From IMG/VR virus record IMGVR_UViG_3300021961_008157: a DNA stretch of 64,000 nt. One strand, 5' to 3'. This document shows, in pieces, positions 29,268-39,206 of the stretch; the first letter of the stretch is position 1; each line of letters begins with the position of its first letter. Position numbers and translations under genes: made by a program. Below the pieces are notes generated by a model. It worked only from the letters and a program-made list of their open reading frames with translations, made no database searches and was not told the DNA's origin. This stretch comes from a virus.

Positions 29268-30551
29268 ATGGCATATACAATTAACTTAACAGATGGTCAA
29301 ATCTTTGCTACTATAGCAGATGGTACCATTAATACTTCCAGTTCAATGGTACTGGTTGGTAAAAATTACGCTGGTTATGGTGAATTTTTAGATGAAAACT
29401 TTGTTCACTTGTTGGAAAATTCAGCCAACACTACTGCCCCCGGGGCACCATTAACTGGACAACTTTGGTGGGATAGTACTGCTGGATTGATGAAAGTTTA
29501 CAACGGTGCTACCTGGAAAGTAATTTCATCTACAACAGCACAATCAAGTGCGCCCACCGGAAATAATGTCACTGGTGATTTGTGGTTTGACACAGTTAAT
29601 GCCCAGCTTAAAGTTTGGACAGGCAGTGCTTGGTTGCTAGTTGGCCCTGCATTTACTTCGGGACAAGGTACAACTGGCGCTATTGCTGACACTATTACAG
29701 ACAACGTTGCTGTTGATCACGTGGTAATCAAATTGTATGTAGAAGACGACATTGTTGGTATTATCAGCAAAGATGCTGCGTTTACTCCAGGATCAACAAT
29801 TAGCGGATTTACTACAGTACGTCCTGGTATTACATTAAGCACACTAGTTGGCTCACAAGTACCATTATTCCAAGGTACAGCATCAGTTGCTCAGACACTT
29901 GAAGGCTATGATCCTTCAGACTTTTTATTGAAAAACGTAGCTGAAACTACAACTGGTACATTTGCTGTGTTAAACAACACTGGTTTATCAGTAGGCTCAA
30001 ATCAAGATATACGGTTAGGTGTTGCGGGAACAACTGCTACATTTTACAATCAAACCAGCAATGGCAACATATCATTTAACGTTAATATTGCTGGTACACC
30101 AACTACAGTTATGACCATTAATGGTGCAACTGGTACTATCAGTGGCACAAATATTAATGCCCAATACGCTGACGTTGCTGAACGCTTTGAAGCCGACGAA
30201 ATCCTTGAAGCAGGTACCGTTGTTGAGTTAGGTGGCGACAAAGAAATCACAAAAGTGGCTGCCGAACTAAGCGATAATGTGTTTGGTATCATAAGTACAC
30301 GAGCAGCGTATCTGATGAATAGTCTTGCCGGAACTGACGCAACACACCCTGCTGTCGCAATGACAGGCCGCGTCCCGGTTAACACTATTGGAACTATACG
30401 CAAAGGAGATCGTCTTGTATCTGCTGGTAACGGACTTGCAAGAGCCGCACAAGCAGGTGAAGCAACGGCTTTTAATGTTATTGGTCGTGCATTGCATGAT
30501 AAATTAACACAAGAGCAAGGAACAGTGGAGGCTATTGTTAAGGTTAATTGA
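29268..30551 (+). CDS. Tail fibre/spike-like protein with a C-terminal intramolecular chaperone (Peptidase G2/IMC-like) domain
   Basis: Two G(Q/D)LW(W/F)D...(L/M)KV(Y/W).G..W repeats. C-terminal YADVAERF...GTVV...VAMTGRVPV...KGDRLVS...IGRAL. Confidence 0.72.
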   Translation: MAYTINLTDGQIFATIADGTINTSSSMVLVGKNYAGYGEFLDENFVHLLENSANTTAPGAPLTGQLWWDSTAGLMKVYNGATWKVISSTTAQSSAPTGNNVTGDLWFDTVNAQLKVWTGSAWLLVGPAFTSGQGTTGAIADTITDNVAVDHVVIKLYVEDDIVGIISKDAAFTPGSTISGFTTVRPGITLSTLVGSQVPLFQGTASVAQTLEGYDPSDFLLKNVAETTTGTFAVLNNTGLSVGSNQDIRLGVAGTTATFYNQTSNGNISFNVNIAGTPTTVMTINGATGTISGTNINAQYADVAERFEADEILEAGTVVELGGDKEITKVAAELSDNVFGIISTRAAYLMNSLAGTDATHPAVAMTGRVPVNTIGTIRKGDRLVSAGNGLARAAQAGEATAFNVIGRALHDKLTQEQGTVEAIVKVN

Positions 30552-30642
30552 TTAACAATAGTAATGGTTAAAATCACCCAGCGATACTACACTAAAATAT
30601 ATCGCGTTGAAATTGATCAACTAATACAAAGGGAAAACGAAA

Positions 30643-31635
30643 ATGACATATACAGCAGGCAGTACAATAGTTGCAACAGACTATAATGGCTTTGTTAGCA
30701 CAAACGCAGGTGCTAACGTAAACGACATTTGGAGCACTGGATCCAGTGATAAAGGCTACGGACAATCAGCATTGTCAACCGTATCCGCAGCAGCCACTAT
30801 CACAGCCACACAATGGGCCACGCTAAACAACACAATCAGTTCACTTGCCAGTCACACAGGCACCACGATCACTTCCAGAGCCAACCCAACTGCTGGTAGT
30901 ACCATTGCAATTTTAGCGGCACTTAACACAGACTTGACCAATTGTACAACCAATCGCGGTAATGCAGTAGCCAGTGGCGCACAATACACCACATTTTCAG
31001 GCACAACATCCAAAACAACTACAACTGGATCTGGCGACGCCGCGTGGACTATCACATTTACGCACACTATTACATGGGCCTCTGCAGACGCTGCACGTTA
31101 CTTTTTCAATGCTGGCGGCCGTATCAAGTGGGAAACCAGCAAAACTTCCACTGGTAACGACGGTGATGCCGAATGGAACGACTTAGCCAACACACTAGTA
31201 GGCGACATTTATATCACTGGCGGCACTGGCACACAAACTATTGCTGGCGGCTCCTACACTGGTACAACCAAATCAGGCGGCACTGGCACACCCGATACGC
31301 TTTTAACTACAACTGGTTGGTATGATTTAACAACCAGCGATACACTGATTTATCGTCAGTATGCTGATACTGCTCCTTATACTGGTCAGTATATTGCTAT
31401 CAACGCCAAAACAGCCGGCACAGGCACACAACTGGTCCTAACTACCACTTGGGTTGACCCAGGCGGCGACCCTGCTCCCGGCGGCAATAACGTTATTTCG
31501 GGCGGTACTGCTACCAATTCGCCATTTAGCGTATTTGGTACAGCACCTGCTACTGTGGTCACTTATTTCAACCCAAGTACCACATACCTAAGTAATAGCT
31601 GGGGCACACCGACTATTGCAGCTACTACAGCTTAA
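30643..31635 (+). CDS. Thr/Gly/Ala-rich virion structural protein
   Basis: Last gene of the tail operon. Contains GYGQ, ITATQWATL and AARYFFNAGGRI; very Thr-rich. Confidence 0.6.
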   Translation: MTYTAGSTIVATDYNGFVSTNAGANVNDIWSTGSSDKGYGQSALSTVSAAATITATQWATLNNTISSLASHTGTTITSRANPTAGSTIAILAALNTDLTNCTTNRGNAVASGAQYTTFSGTTSKTTTTGSGDAAWTITFTHTITWASADAARYFFNAGGRIKWETSKTSTGNDGDAEWNDLANTLVGDIYITGGTGTQTIAGGSYTGTTKSGGTGTPDTLLTTTGWYDLTTSDTLIYRQYADTAPYTGQYIAINAKTAGTGTQLVLTTTWVDPGGDPAPGGNNVISGGTATNSPFSVFGTAPATVVTYFNPSTTYLSNSWGTPTIAATTA

Positions 31636-31656
31636 CTAGCTATAGAGCTTTTACCA

Positions 31657-31682
31657 AAAGGGCCTTCGGGCCCTTTACTTTT
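31657..31682 (+). terminator. Rho-independent terminator with UUCG tetraloop
   Basis: AAAGGGCC-TTCG-GGCCCTTT followed by ACTTTT, right after the structural operon. Confidence 0.9.
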
Positions 31683-31702
31683 AGTTGCCTTTCCTGTATA
31701 AT
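31674..31702 (+). promoter_or_regulatory. Sigma70-like promoter TTTACT-N17-TATAAT for the biosynthetic island, 6 nt before ATG 31709
   Basis: tttact tttagttgcctttcctg tataat aatcct ATG. Confidence 0.6.
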
Positions 31703-31708
31703 AATCCT

Positions 31709-32011
31709 ATGAATAATGAACAATTAGTCAAAACCGCCCGCGCTCGTTTTGAACATGCAACAGGGCGCCGACTTCTCAAAGAAAAATATCAAGCCAAAAT
31801 GCTGTTTGCCCACAACGGCGGCATGTGGAATGCAGGTCCCGAATTATTGTCCTTGTTATCAACTTGCCCAGAAACAGCGGTAATACTAGACTTGTATGAA
31901 ACTCCAGTACAAGTTAATACTGCTGAACTCCGGAGCATTGTTGTTAGTCGTTGGCAGGAGCAAATGAACGCTTGGTTAGTTGAATACGACAAACTAAACA
32001 AAAAACGATGA
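31709..32011 (+). CDS. Hypothetical protein, first gene of the island
   Basis: Likely start ATG 31709 (MNNEQL). ATGA-coupled to the next gene. Confidence 0.6.
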   Translation: MNNEQLVKTARARFEHATGRRLLKEKYQAKMLFAHNGGMWNAGPELLSLLSTCPETAVILDLYETPVQVNTAELRSIVVSRWQEQMNAWLVEYDKLNKKR

Positions 32012-32811
32012 CCTGCGGCGCATTAATATTTGCGTTCAACAATGAACATATTGACTATGTGGCAATGGCCAATTGGTCAGCAAATAATATACACAGGCAT
32101 CTGAATATTCCGGTTTGTTTAGTAACAGATCGTGAACCCCCGGCAGGGCATGTGTTTGATCGTGTTGTATTAGTTGACACTCCTACTGGCAGTGGCGTAA
32201 GACATTTTGTAGACATTGGTGAATCAGTTGCTTGGCACAATACCAATCGTGTAGATGCTTACACACTCAGTCCATGGGATCAAACACTAGTGCTAGATGC
32301 TGACTATGTGGTAGCGTCGAACCAACTTAAAACTGTATTGAGTAGCAATCAAGATTTTTTATGCTATCGTTGGGCAAGCGATGCTACAAATCTTAGAAAC
32401 TTTGATGATTTAAATTATTTTGGACAAAATCGCATGCCCATGTGGTGGGCCACTGTTATGATGTTTAAACGCAGTAATACAGCACAACTGATATTTGAAT
32501 CTATGAACATGGTCCGCGACAATTGGCTTCATTACCGTCGTTTGTACAATAACCCAACGCCTAACTACAGAAATGATCATGCGCTTTCGATTGCGTTAAA
32601 TATAGTAAACGGTCACACGCTTTCGGTGCCGTCTATGCCTGGAAGTTTAGTAAGTGTAACACCCGAGCATCAAGTAACACAATTGTCTCAAGATTCTTAT
32701 CGTGTGGATTTTTTAACACCTGATCAAAAGCCACGCTACATTGAATTACACCAAGACTTTCACGCTATGGGTAAACAACAACTAGGAGCAATTGTTGCCA
32801 ATCCTTGCTGA
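32008..32811 (+). CDS. GT-A fold glycosyltransferase / nucleotide-diphospho-sugar transferase (GT8-like)
   Basis: YVAMA..SA.NI...IPVCLVTD, SPWDQTLVLDADY (DxD motif) and RNDHALSIA. Confidence 0.7.
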   Translation: MTCGALIFAFNNEHIDYVAMANWSANNIHRHLNIPVCLVTDREPPAGHVFDRVVLVDTPTGSGVRHFVDIGESVAWHNTNRVDAYTLSPWDQTLVLDADYVVASNQLKTVLSSNQDFLCYRWASDATNLRNFDDLNYFGQNRMPMWWATVMMFKRSNTAQLIFESMNMVRDNWLHYRRLYNNPTPNYRNDHALSIALNIVNGHTLSVPSMPGSLVSVTPEHQVTQLSQDSYRVDFLTPDQKPRYIELHQDFHAMGKQQLGAIVANPC

Positions 32812-33544
32812 ACGCGGTTATCTAATTCCCGCTATCAACACTGATAGTGTTGACTATGTAGCCTGCGCCCATCAACTTGCTGACAGCATACGGTCATGGC
32901 ATCCCTCTGCTGAAATCACAATACTAACAAAAGAAATGTTGCCGCACGGTGATCTTGGTGGCTTTGCTAACGACTGGCAAGTGTTTCGCGCCAGCCCATA
33001 TAGACAAACCATCAAGTTAGAAGCTGATATGATTGCAGCCAGTCCCATAGATCACTTGTGGACATTGTTTGAACATCGTGACGTGGTCATTAGCCAAGGT
33101 TGTAGGGACTTTTACGATCAGCACAGCAGCAATCGGCATTATAGAAAATTGTTTGATGCTAACAATTTGCCCGATGTTTATAATGCTATAACCTACTGGC
33201 GGTTGAGTAAAACAGCGCAAGAGTTTTTTCAATGGGTGCGTGATATCTTCCAAAATTGGAACGAGTTTAAAACGCTGTTAAAGTTTCCCGAAGAAACACC
33301 ATCAACAGATGTTGTTTATGCCATGGCTGCTGACATCATAGGGCGAGAACAAGTAACATTACCACCCGGTTATGGTCCCACTATAGTACATATGAAACAA
33401 GGAATCATCCCAACCCATACCAGTGACTGGACCAAAGAATTAGTATGGGAAAACGTCAATCCTGGCATCCGAATACAAACGGTAGCACAATGGGGATTGG
33501 TGCATTATCACAACAAAGACTGGCGGTTGCGTGAACGAAACTGA
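32792..33544 (+). CDS. GT-A fold glycosyltransferase-like paralog (EAD in place of DAD)
   Basis: YVACAHQLADSI, SPYRQTIKLEADM and STDVVYAMA align with the preceding gene. Confidence 0.62.
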   Translation: MLPILAERGYLIPAINTDSVDYVACAHQLADSIRSWHPSAEITILTKEMLPHGDLGGFANDWQVFRASPYRQTIKLEADMIAASPIDHLWTLFEHRDVVISQGCRDFYDQHSSNRHYRKLFDANNLPDVYNAITYWRLSKTAQEFFQWVRDIFQNWNEFKTLLKFPEETPSTDVVYAMAADIIGREQVTLPPGYGPTIVHMKQGIIPTHTSDWTKELVWENVNPGIRIQTVAQWGLVHYHNKDWRLRERN

Positions 33545-33878
33545 AGAAAATTTTTGGAAAGCATGGGCAGAGCCACCCCCGGCGCCTGCTCCAGTCTTTT
33601 TTCGCCTGTACTATGACGAGGACGGGTGCCCAATATCTTACAGCATGGAAGATTTGCCAGGTAACTATATAGATATTGATGCAGAAACTTATCAACTAAG
33701 CTCAAGAAATGTCCGTGTAATTGACGGGAAGTTAGTGCATATAAAACCAAAGAAAACAGTTACTAAACTAATACCTAGCACTAGCGGAACAGCGTGTTTA
33801 ATTGATAATGTTAGCATTGTTGTTAGTGAACAGCAACCACATATTAAATGGAATATAAAATCAAATGAAACGGATTGA
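33531..33878 (+). CDS. Hypothetical protein
   Basis: 115-aa ORF overlapping both neighbours. Confidence 0.6.
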   Translation: MNETEENFWKAWAEPPPAPAPVFFRLYYDEDGCPISYSMEDLPGNYIDIDAETYQLSSRNVRVIDGKLVHIKPKKTVTKLIPSTSGTACLIDNVSIVVSEQQPHIKWNIKSNETD

Positions 33879-34791
33879 CATTGCAGATCTTGATTGCATC
33901 TATTTGAGTTATGATGAACCGCAAAAAGAAGAATTTTGGGTAAAAATTCGGAACATGGTCCCGTGGGCCCGCCGTGTAGATGGTGTTAAAGGCAGCGACG
34001 CCGCACACAAGGCGGCTGCACAGGCAAGCGATACTGAACGCTTTGTCCTAATTGATGGGGACAACATGCCCGATCCAGAGTTTTTTAATCTAACACTTGA
34101 ACTGCCCGATGAGCAATGGGAGTCGGCGGTATTTCGTTGGCGGGCAAAGAATCACATTAACGGACTCATGTATGGCAATGGTGGACTGAGTTCGTGGACA
34201 TGCGAGTTTGCTATGAACATGCGCACCCACGAAAATACCGACGGTCGTGACGAAACACAAGTAGAGTTTTGCTACGATCCACTATACTGGCCCATGCACG
34301 ACTGTTACTCGACTACCTATCCTAACGGATCAGCCTTTCACGCTTGGCGTGCAGGCTTTCGAGAAGGTGTAAAAATGTGCTTAAACAAAAGCACACGTCC
34401 TTCAGTAGTAGAGTTCAAGGATCGCGTACATCAACGTAATCTTGATCACTTGACCATATGGCACAATGTGGGATCAGATGTTGATTATGGATTGTGGGCC
34501 ATTGCGGGCGCAAGGCAAGGCACTTATATGACTATGCTGACTGAATGGGATCATCGTTTGGTACAGTCGTTTGATGCGCTTGGTGAAATTTGGGCTACAG
34601 TAAAAGACTCTGATCCAGAACTAATAGCTAATCGACTAGCCGAAGAATTGCATACACAACTTGACTTACCAATGATGAGTTTGTTTCCCGAGCAAAGTAA
34701 ATTTTTTAAACATCACTATCGGAGCAACTGGCACAATCGTGGTGTCACTGTGAGAGAGATTGATGTAATTAGGCAGCAAGAAGGATGGTAA
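33865..34791 (+). CDS. GT-A-like glycosyltransferase
   Basis: IYLSYDEP, RVDGVKGSDAAHKAAA, FVLIDGDN (DxD), NGLMYGNGG and AWRAGFREGVKM. Confidence 0.6.
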   Translation: MKRIDIADLDCIYLSYDEPQKEEFWVKIRNMVPWARRVDGVKGSDAAHKAAAQASDTERFVLIDGDNMPDPEFFNLTLELPDEQWESAVFRWRAKNHINGLMYGNGGLSSWTCEFAMNMRTHENTDGRDETQVEFCYDPLYWPMHDCYSTTYPNGSAFHAWRAGFREGVKMCLNKSTRPSVVEFKDRVHQRNLDHLTIWHNVGSDVDYGLWAIAGARQGTYMTMLTEWDHRLVQSFDALGEIWATVKDSDPELIANRLAEELHTQLDLPMMSLFPEQSKFFKHHYRSNWHNRGVTVREIDVIRQQEGW

Positions 34792-35429
34792 TGTATCAAA
34801 CTATAATCAATCGTGCTGCTCAAGAAAATAAAAATATTCTAATTATAGAAAGTCCTAGATCAGGTACCCACCCATTAAGTGCAGAACTGTGTAAACAAGG
34901 AAAAGGCACAAGTTTAATGGAAATTTGCATGGTAGGATATTGTGCTAATCCTTGGGATGACATTGACAAGTTATCTTGCAGCCCTAGGTTAACCACAGCA
35001 CAAGTTGTACAAATGACCCCCAAGTTAACATTAGCAGAAAATGTCAGCAGGATCAAACAACACAACATAGTAGTCAACATTAGGCGCCGGGACAAAGTAT
35101 ATCAGTTTGCCAGCTGGATTTATTTTAGACTCAATGATCCAACTGCTCTGTACGGTTGGCACAATCATACTGCTGACAAAATGCGATCCGGCCCTGCATC
35201 TGTTCAAGCATCTAACTCCGACATTGTTCAGTTTAAATTAGAGCAGATGCTAGACGATTATTTCCTTCCTGACTTTAATTTGTGCTACGAAGATTTAACA
35301 TTCTCTACACAAACTAGGTTTAAGAAAAATGAATTTTCATTCCCTTTGCCTGAAATGTTTTCTAATCTTGATTACGTAAAAGAACAACTGGGCACTTGGC
35401 AATATTCCTTGGAGCACTTTGATGAATAA
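34785..35429 (+). CDS. Sulfotransferase-like protein (Stf0-type)
   Basis: N-terminal PAPS-binding-like loop IIESPRSGT, Stf0-like IRRRDKVYQFAS, and C-terminal YEDL. Confidence 0.55.
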   Translation: MVMYQTIINRAAQENKNILIIESPRSGTHPLSAELCKQGKGTSLMEICMVGYCANPWDDIDKLSCSPRLTTAQVVQMTPKLTLAENVSRIKQHNIVVNIRRRDKVYQFASWIYFRLNDPTALYGWHNHTADKMRSGPASVQASNSDIVQFKLEQMLDDYFLPDFNLCYEDLTFSTQTRFKKNEFSFPLPEMFSNLDYVKEQLGTWQYSLEHFDE

Positions 35430-36816
35430 AGGCGATCAAAGCCGATTCATGAGCTCTGCTGAACAGATGCGCGAGCATCTAGGTACTGCTATGTGTTTGG
35501 CTAAATGGAAGCAAGTTAGTTTGCATTTAACAACAGGACTAACTAACAGTTGTTACCACCCGCCCTTACATCAAATTGATCCTTCTCTACTAGAAAAAAA
35601 TCCTAGTGCATTGCATAATACGCCCTATAAAAAACAACAGCGTAAGATTATGATGAAACAAGAACGACCACCGGAGTGTAGTTATTGTTGGACAATGGAG
35701 GACAATGGCAAACTGAGTGATCGCCATTATAGATCCGGGGAGCCCTGGGCTGCTAAGGACTTTGATAAGATTTTTGCGTCCGATTGGAATACAGATATTA
35801 CACCTAGTTATGTAGAAGTAAATTTTAACAATGCCTGCAATCTAGCCTGTAGCTATTGTAGTCCACAGTTTAGTACCACATGGCAACAGGAAATGGATCG
35901 ACACGGTGCGTATCCTACATCAACTCCGCATAATGATCCTGCTCACTTTACCGGTAATCGCAAACCTATCCCAGCTAGAGAAAGTAACCCGTATGTGGAC
36001 GCATTTTGGGCTTGGTGGCCTACGCTATACCCTGAGCTAGAACATTTTCGCATGACGGGCGGCGAGCCCATGATGGACAAAAACACTTACCGTGTGTTTG
36101 ACTATGTGTTAGCTAATCCCAAGCCTGATCTACACCTAAATGTCACTAGTAACTTTAGCGTAGACGAAAAGCTGTGGCAGAAATATCTTGGCTATACCAA
36201 ACAACTGTGTCAAGAAGGCGTACTTGAACACTTTATGCAGTATATCAGCCTTGACGGCTGGGGACAACGTGCTGAATATATGCGGCACGGACTTGACTTT
36301 GAGTTGCTGTGGTCGCGTGTGCATCAGTTCTTAACCGAAGTGCCATATCGTAACAGCGTGACATTTATTGTTACAATGAATAATTTAAGTGTAACCAGTT
36401 TGCAACAATTGTTCGATGGCATACTAGAGCTTAGAAAAACTTACAGCAATACATATCAACGAGTATGGTTTGACACTCCTGTTCTGCGGCAACCTACTTG
36501 GCAAAGCCTACAGATCCTTCCGGAAAGCTATGTGTCGCAACTGGAAAAACTCAAAGCTCACATGCAGGATAATATTGAAACCGAAGCCACACGTTTTCAC
36601 GGTTTTAAAGATTATGAAATAGCACGATTGGATCGAGATATTGCTTGGATGCGTAATGGTCAGCAGTTAGACAAAGACTATTTAAAAAAGAATAAAGCAG
36701 ACTTCTATCGCTTTTTCAGTGAGTCTGACCGCAGGCACGGCACAGACTTTGTCAATACATTTCCAGAAATGAAATCCTGGTGGACAGAATGTGAATATCA
36801 TGCTAGGCAAGCGTAA
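35419..36816 (+). CDS. Radical SAM protein with N-terminal twitch domain (1 of 5)
   Basis: N-terminal CLAKW...SCYHPP...ECSYCW; core CNLACSYC; TGGEP. Confidence 0.9.
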   Translation: MMNKGDQSRFMSSAEQMREHLGTAMCLAKWKQVSLHLTTGLTNSCYHPPLHQIDPSLLEKNPSALHNTPYKKQQRKIMMKQERPPECSYCWTMEDNGKLSDRHYRSGEPWAAKDFDKIFASDWNTDITPSYVEVNFNNACNLACSYCSPQFSTTWQQEMDRHGAYPTSTPHNDPAHFTGNRKPIPARESNPYVDAFWAWWPTLYPELEHFRMTGGEPMMDKNTYRVFDYVLANPKPDLHLNVTSNFSVDEKLWQKYLGYTKQLCQEGVLEHFMQYISLDGWGQRAEYMRHGLDFELLWSRVHQFLTEVPYRNSVTFIVTMNNLSVTSLQQLFDGILELRKTYSNTYQRVWFDTPVLRQPTWQSLQILPESYVSQLEKLKAHMQDNIETEATRFHGFKDYEIARLDRDIAWMRNGQQLDKDYLKKNKADFYRFFSESDRRHGTDFVNTFPEMKSWWTECEYHARQA

Positions 36817-37867
36817 ATTAATAGTTGATGTAAATTGCGGATTGCGTAAAGAATTGGCAGAGATTTCTGACGAAACTTTTTATAACTTTCAAAAGCAAAC
36901 AATTGAGCCAGACGCAGTTTATGTAATAGGCTATAATGAAACTGTTAAAAATGTTGATAAAATTAAACAGCTGGCCAATACAGAAATAGCACAGTTTATT
37001 TTTAGTAATCCTGTTGAAGGATCACAGACCATACTCAATCATTGTGGCAATATTGGTATTCTTGATTTAATCAAACAACAAAAAATTTTGCTATTAACTG
37101 GTGGCGATGTTGCACCAGAATATCCGCATCTGACCTATGACAACTTTTTACCAAAAGTTTTAGATTACAACGAAAACATTGATGCTATACAACAGTACCG
37201 TGACACATATTCAACGGATAGACCTTATAAATTTCTTTTTTTAAACGGACAGCAACGACATCATAGAAAGTTTATGATTCATGCATTGGGTGATCTACTT
37301 GACTCTGCATTATGGACAAATTTAGACACTGGTAATGGCCCTATCAAACTGTTAGACCAATATTATGAACATGCAAAATTCAATGTCAACTTTCAAACCA
37401 ATGACAAAAATGTAAAAAGCAAGTTATTCGGTAATGGAATATGGGGAGATGTATTGCTGTCTGTTAGACAATATAGTGACACTTATTTTAGTCTTGTGAC
37501 TGAAACAGTTCACAATTATCCCTACAGTTTTAGAACAGAAAAAATCTGGAAACCAGTGGCAATCGGACACCCTTGGATTGCAGTTGCCAATCGGGGTTTC
37601 TATAGAGACATGCATAACTTGGGATTTCAAACATTTGGGCATGCAATAGATGAAAGTTTTGATCTAATAGACAACGATCAAGATCGTCTTCGACGTGTTG
37701 CTGATATTGTAAAAGATCTATGTCAACAAGACCTTGCTGGTTTCCTCAATGAGTGTTATAATGTATGTAAATACAATCAACAACATCTTGCCGACATGCG
37801 ACTCAAAGTGCGGTCAGAATTTTCCAAACGATTTGAACAGTTTATAACAACATATATCAATGAATGA
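36791..37867 (+). CDS. GT10-motif glycosyltransferase-like protein (1 of 4)
   Basis: YFSLVTET...FRTEKIWKP..GHPWI...LGFQTF...IDESFD. Confidence 0.55.
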   Translation: MNIMLGKRKLIVDVNCGLRKELAEISDETFYNFQKQTIEPDAVYVIGYNETVKNVDKIKQLANTEIAQFIFSNPVEGSQTILNHCGNIGILDLIKQQKILLLTGGDVAPEYPHLTYDNFLPKVLDYNENIDAIQQYRDTYSTDRPYKFLFLNGQQRHHRKFMIHALGDLLDSALWTNLDTGNGPIKLLDQYYEHAKFNVNFQTNDKNVKSKLFGNGIWGDVLLSVRQYSDTYFSLVTETVHNYPYSFRTEKIWKPVAIGHPWIAVANRGFYRDMHNLGFQTFGHAIDESFDLIDNDQDRLRRVADIVKDLCQQDLAGFLNECYNVCKYNQQHLADMRLKVRSEFSKRFEQFITTYINE

Positions 37868-39206
37868 TTTAGAATTTAAACAACAAATACTTGATTCAAA
37901 AAGTGCAAGTTTTTGCGGAGCCAAATGGTACAACGCCACAATCTGGCTTGGCAGCGGAATGACTACAAGTTGTCATCACCCTCCTGCACACAAAGTTGAA
38001 GTAGACGAAGTAAAACTAAATCCACGGGCCCTGCACAACAGTTTACAAAAGAAGGATGATCGTAAAAAAATGTTAGCAGGCAAGCGGCCCGCTGGCTGTG
38101 AATATTGTTGGAAGATTGAGGACATGGGACGCGACGCCATTAGTGATCGTGTTTATAAAAGTAAAATTTATCCTATTGTTGCACTCAATGAAGCATATAA
38201 CACTCCTTATACAGACGATGTTAATCTTCGAACTTTAGAAATTGCGTTCGATCGAACCTGTCAATTTGCTTGTAGTTATTGTAATCCTGCATTTAGCAGT
38301 ACCTGGGTCAATGACATCAAACGTCAAGGTCCTTATACTGGACTTATTTCCGACGGCCGCAATCATTTTACACACATTCATGACAGCGCACAGTTATACA
38401 AGTATGGCGAAACAAATCCTTACGTAGAGGCGTTCCACCAATGGTGGGAGTCTGATCTACACAAAACACTGCAAGAATTGCGTATCACCGGAGGCGAACC
38501 ATTGATGTCAGGCGGCACATGGAAGTTAATTGATTGGTTTAAAGACAATAAAGGAAAAAGTCAAACACGTTTAGCCATCAACAGTAATCTAGGTGCTGAT
38601 GTTGACGTTGATAGATTGATTTCTAGCATTGATGGTGTTGATATTGATTTGTACACCAGTAATGAATCTGTTGGTGTACAAGCAGAGTACATACGTGATG
38701 GTTTGGACTATACTGTCTGGATGCAGAACATGGTTAAACTTATCGAGAGTGGTAAGTTCCGCGGTATCCATGTGATGTGTACTATTAACGCATTATGCCT
38801 TGACAGCTTACCAGAGTTTCTAGACCAGTTAGTTGAACTAAAGAAAAAGTACGGAAAAGACTATCCAAATTTCACACTAAATATCTTACGATTCCCCAGT
38901 TTTCAAAGTCCCTTGGTACTGCCAGACGACATAAGAACGCAATACAAGAATAAATTATACGGCTGGATGTTACATCATGCAGACTGTGATGTATTGCATG
39001 AACATGAGCGCAATCATATGTCTAGGCTAATTGACTATTTGGATGTGGTCAAGACGCCGCATAGTGATGCATTTGAAATGCCTAAACTGCATAATGATTT
39101 CAAAAAGTTTTATCAACAATATGATGCACGACGGAATAAAAACTTTGAAAAAACATTTATAACTTTAAAAGAATGGTATGACAGCCTACAAATACAACAG
39201 CAGTGA
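37860..39206 (+). CDS. Radical SAM protein with N-terminal twitch domain (2 of 5)
   Basis: FCGAKW...SCHHPP...GCEYCW; core CQFACSYC; TGGEP. Confidence 0.9.
   Translation: MNDLEFKQQILDSKSASFCGAKWYNATIWLGSGMTTSCHHPPAHKVEVDEVKLNPRALHNSLQKKDDRKKMLAGKRPAGCEYCWKIEDMGRDAISDRVYKSKIYPIVALNEAYNTPYTDDVNLRTLEIAFDRTCQFACSYCNPAFSSTWVNDIKRQGPYTGLISDGRNHFTHIHDSAQLYKYGETNPYVEAFHQWWESDLHKTLQELRITGGEPLMSGGTWKLIDWFKDNKGKSQTRLAINSNLGADVDVDRLISSIDGVDIDLYTSNESVGVQAEYIRDGLDYTVWMQNMVKLIESGKFRGIHVMCTINALCLDSLPEFLDQLVELKKKYGKDYPNFTLNILRFPSFQSPLVLPDDIRTQYKNKLYGWMLHHADCDVLHEHERNHMSRLIDYLDVVKTPHSDAFEMPKLHNDFKKFYQQYDARRNKNFEKTFITLKEWYDSLQIQQQ

Noticed and set aside
30549-30645. tRNA or known self-cleaving ribozyme in the intergenic gap
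   Set aside because: No cloverleaf or T-loop GTTC, and no hammerhead CUGAUGA core.
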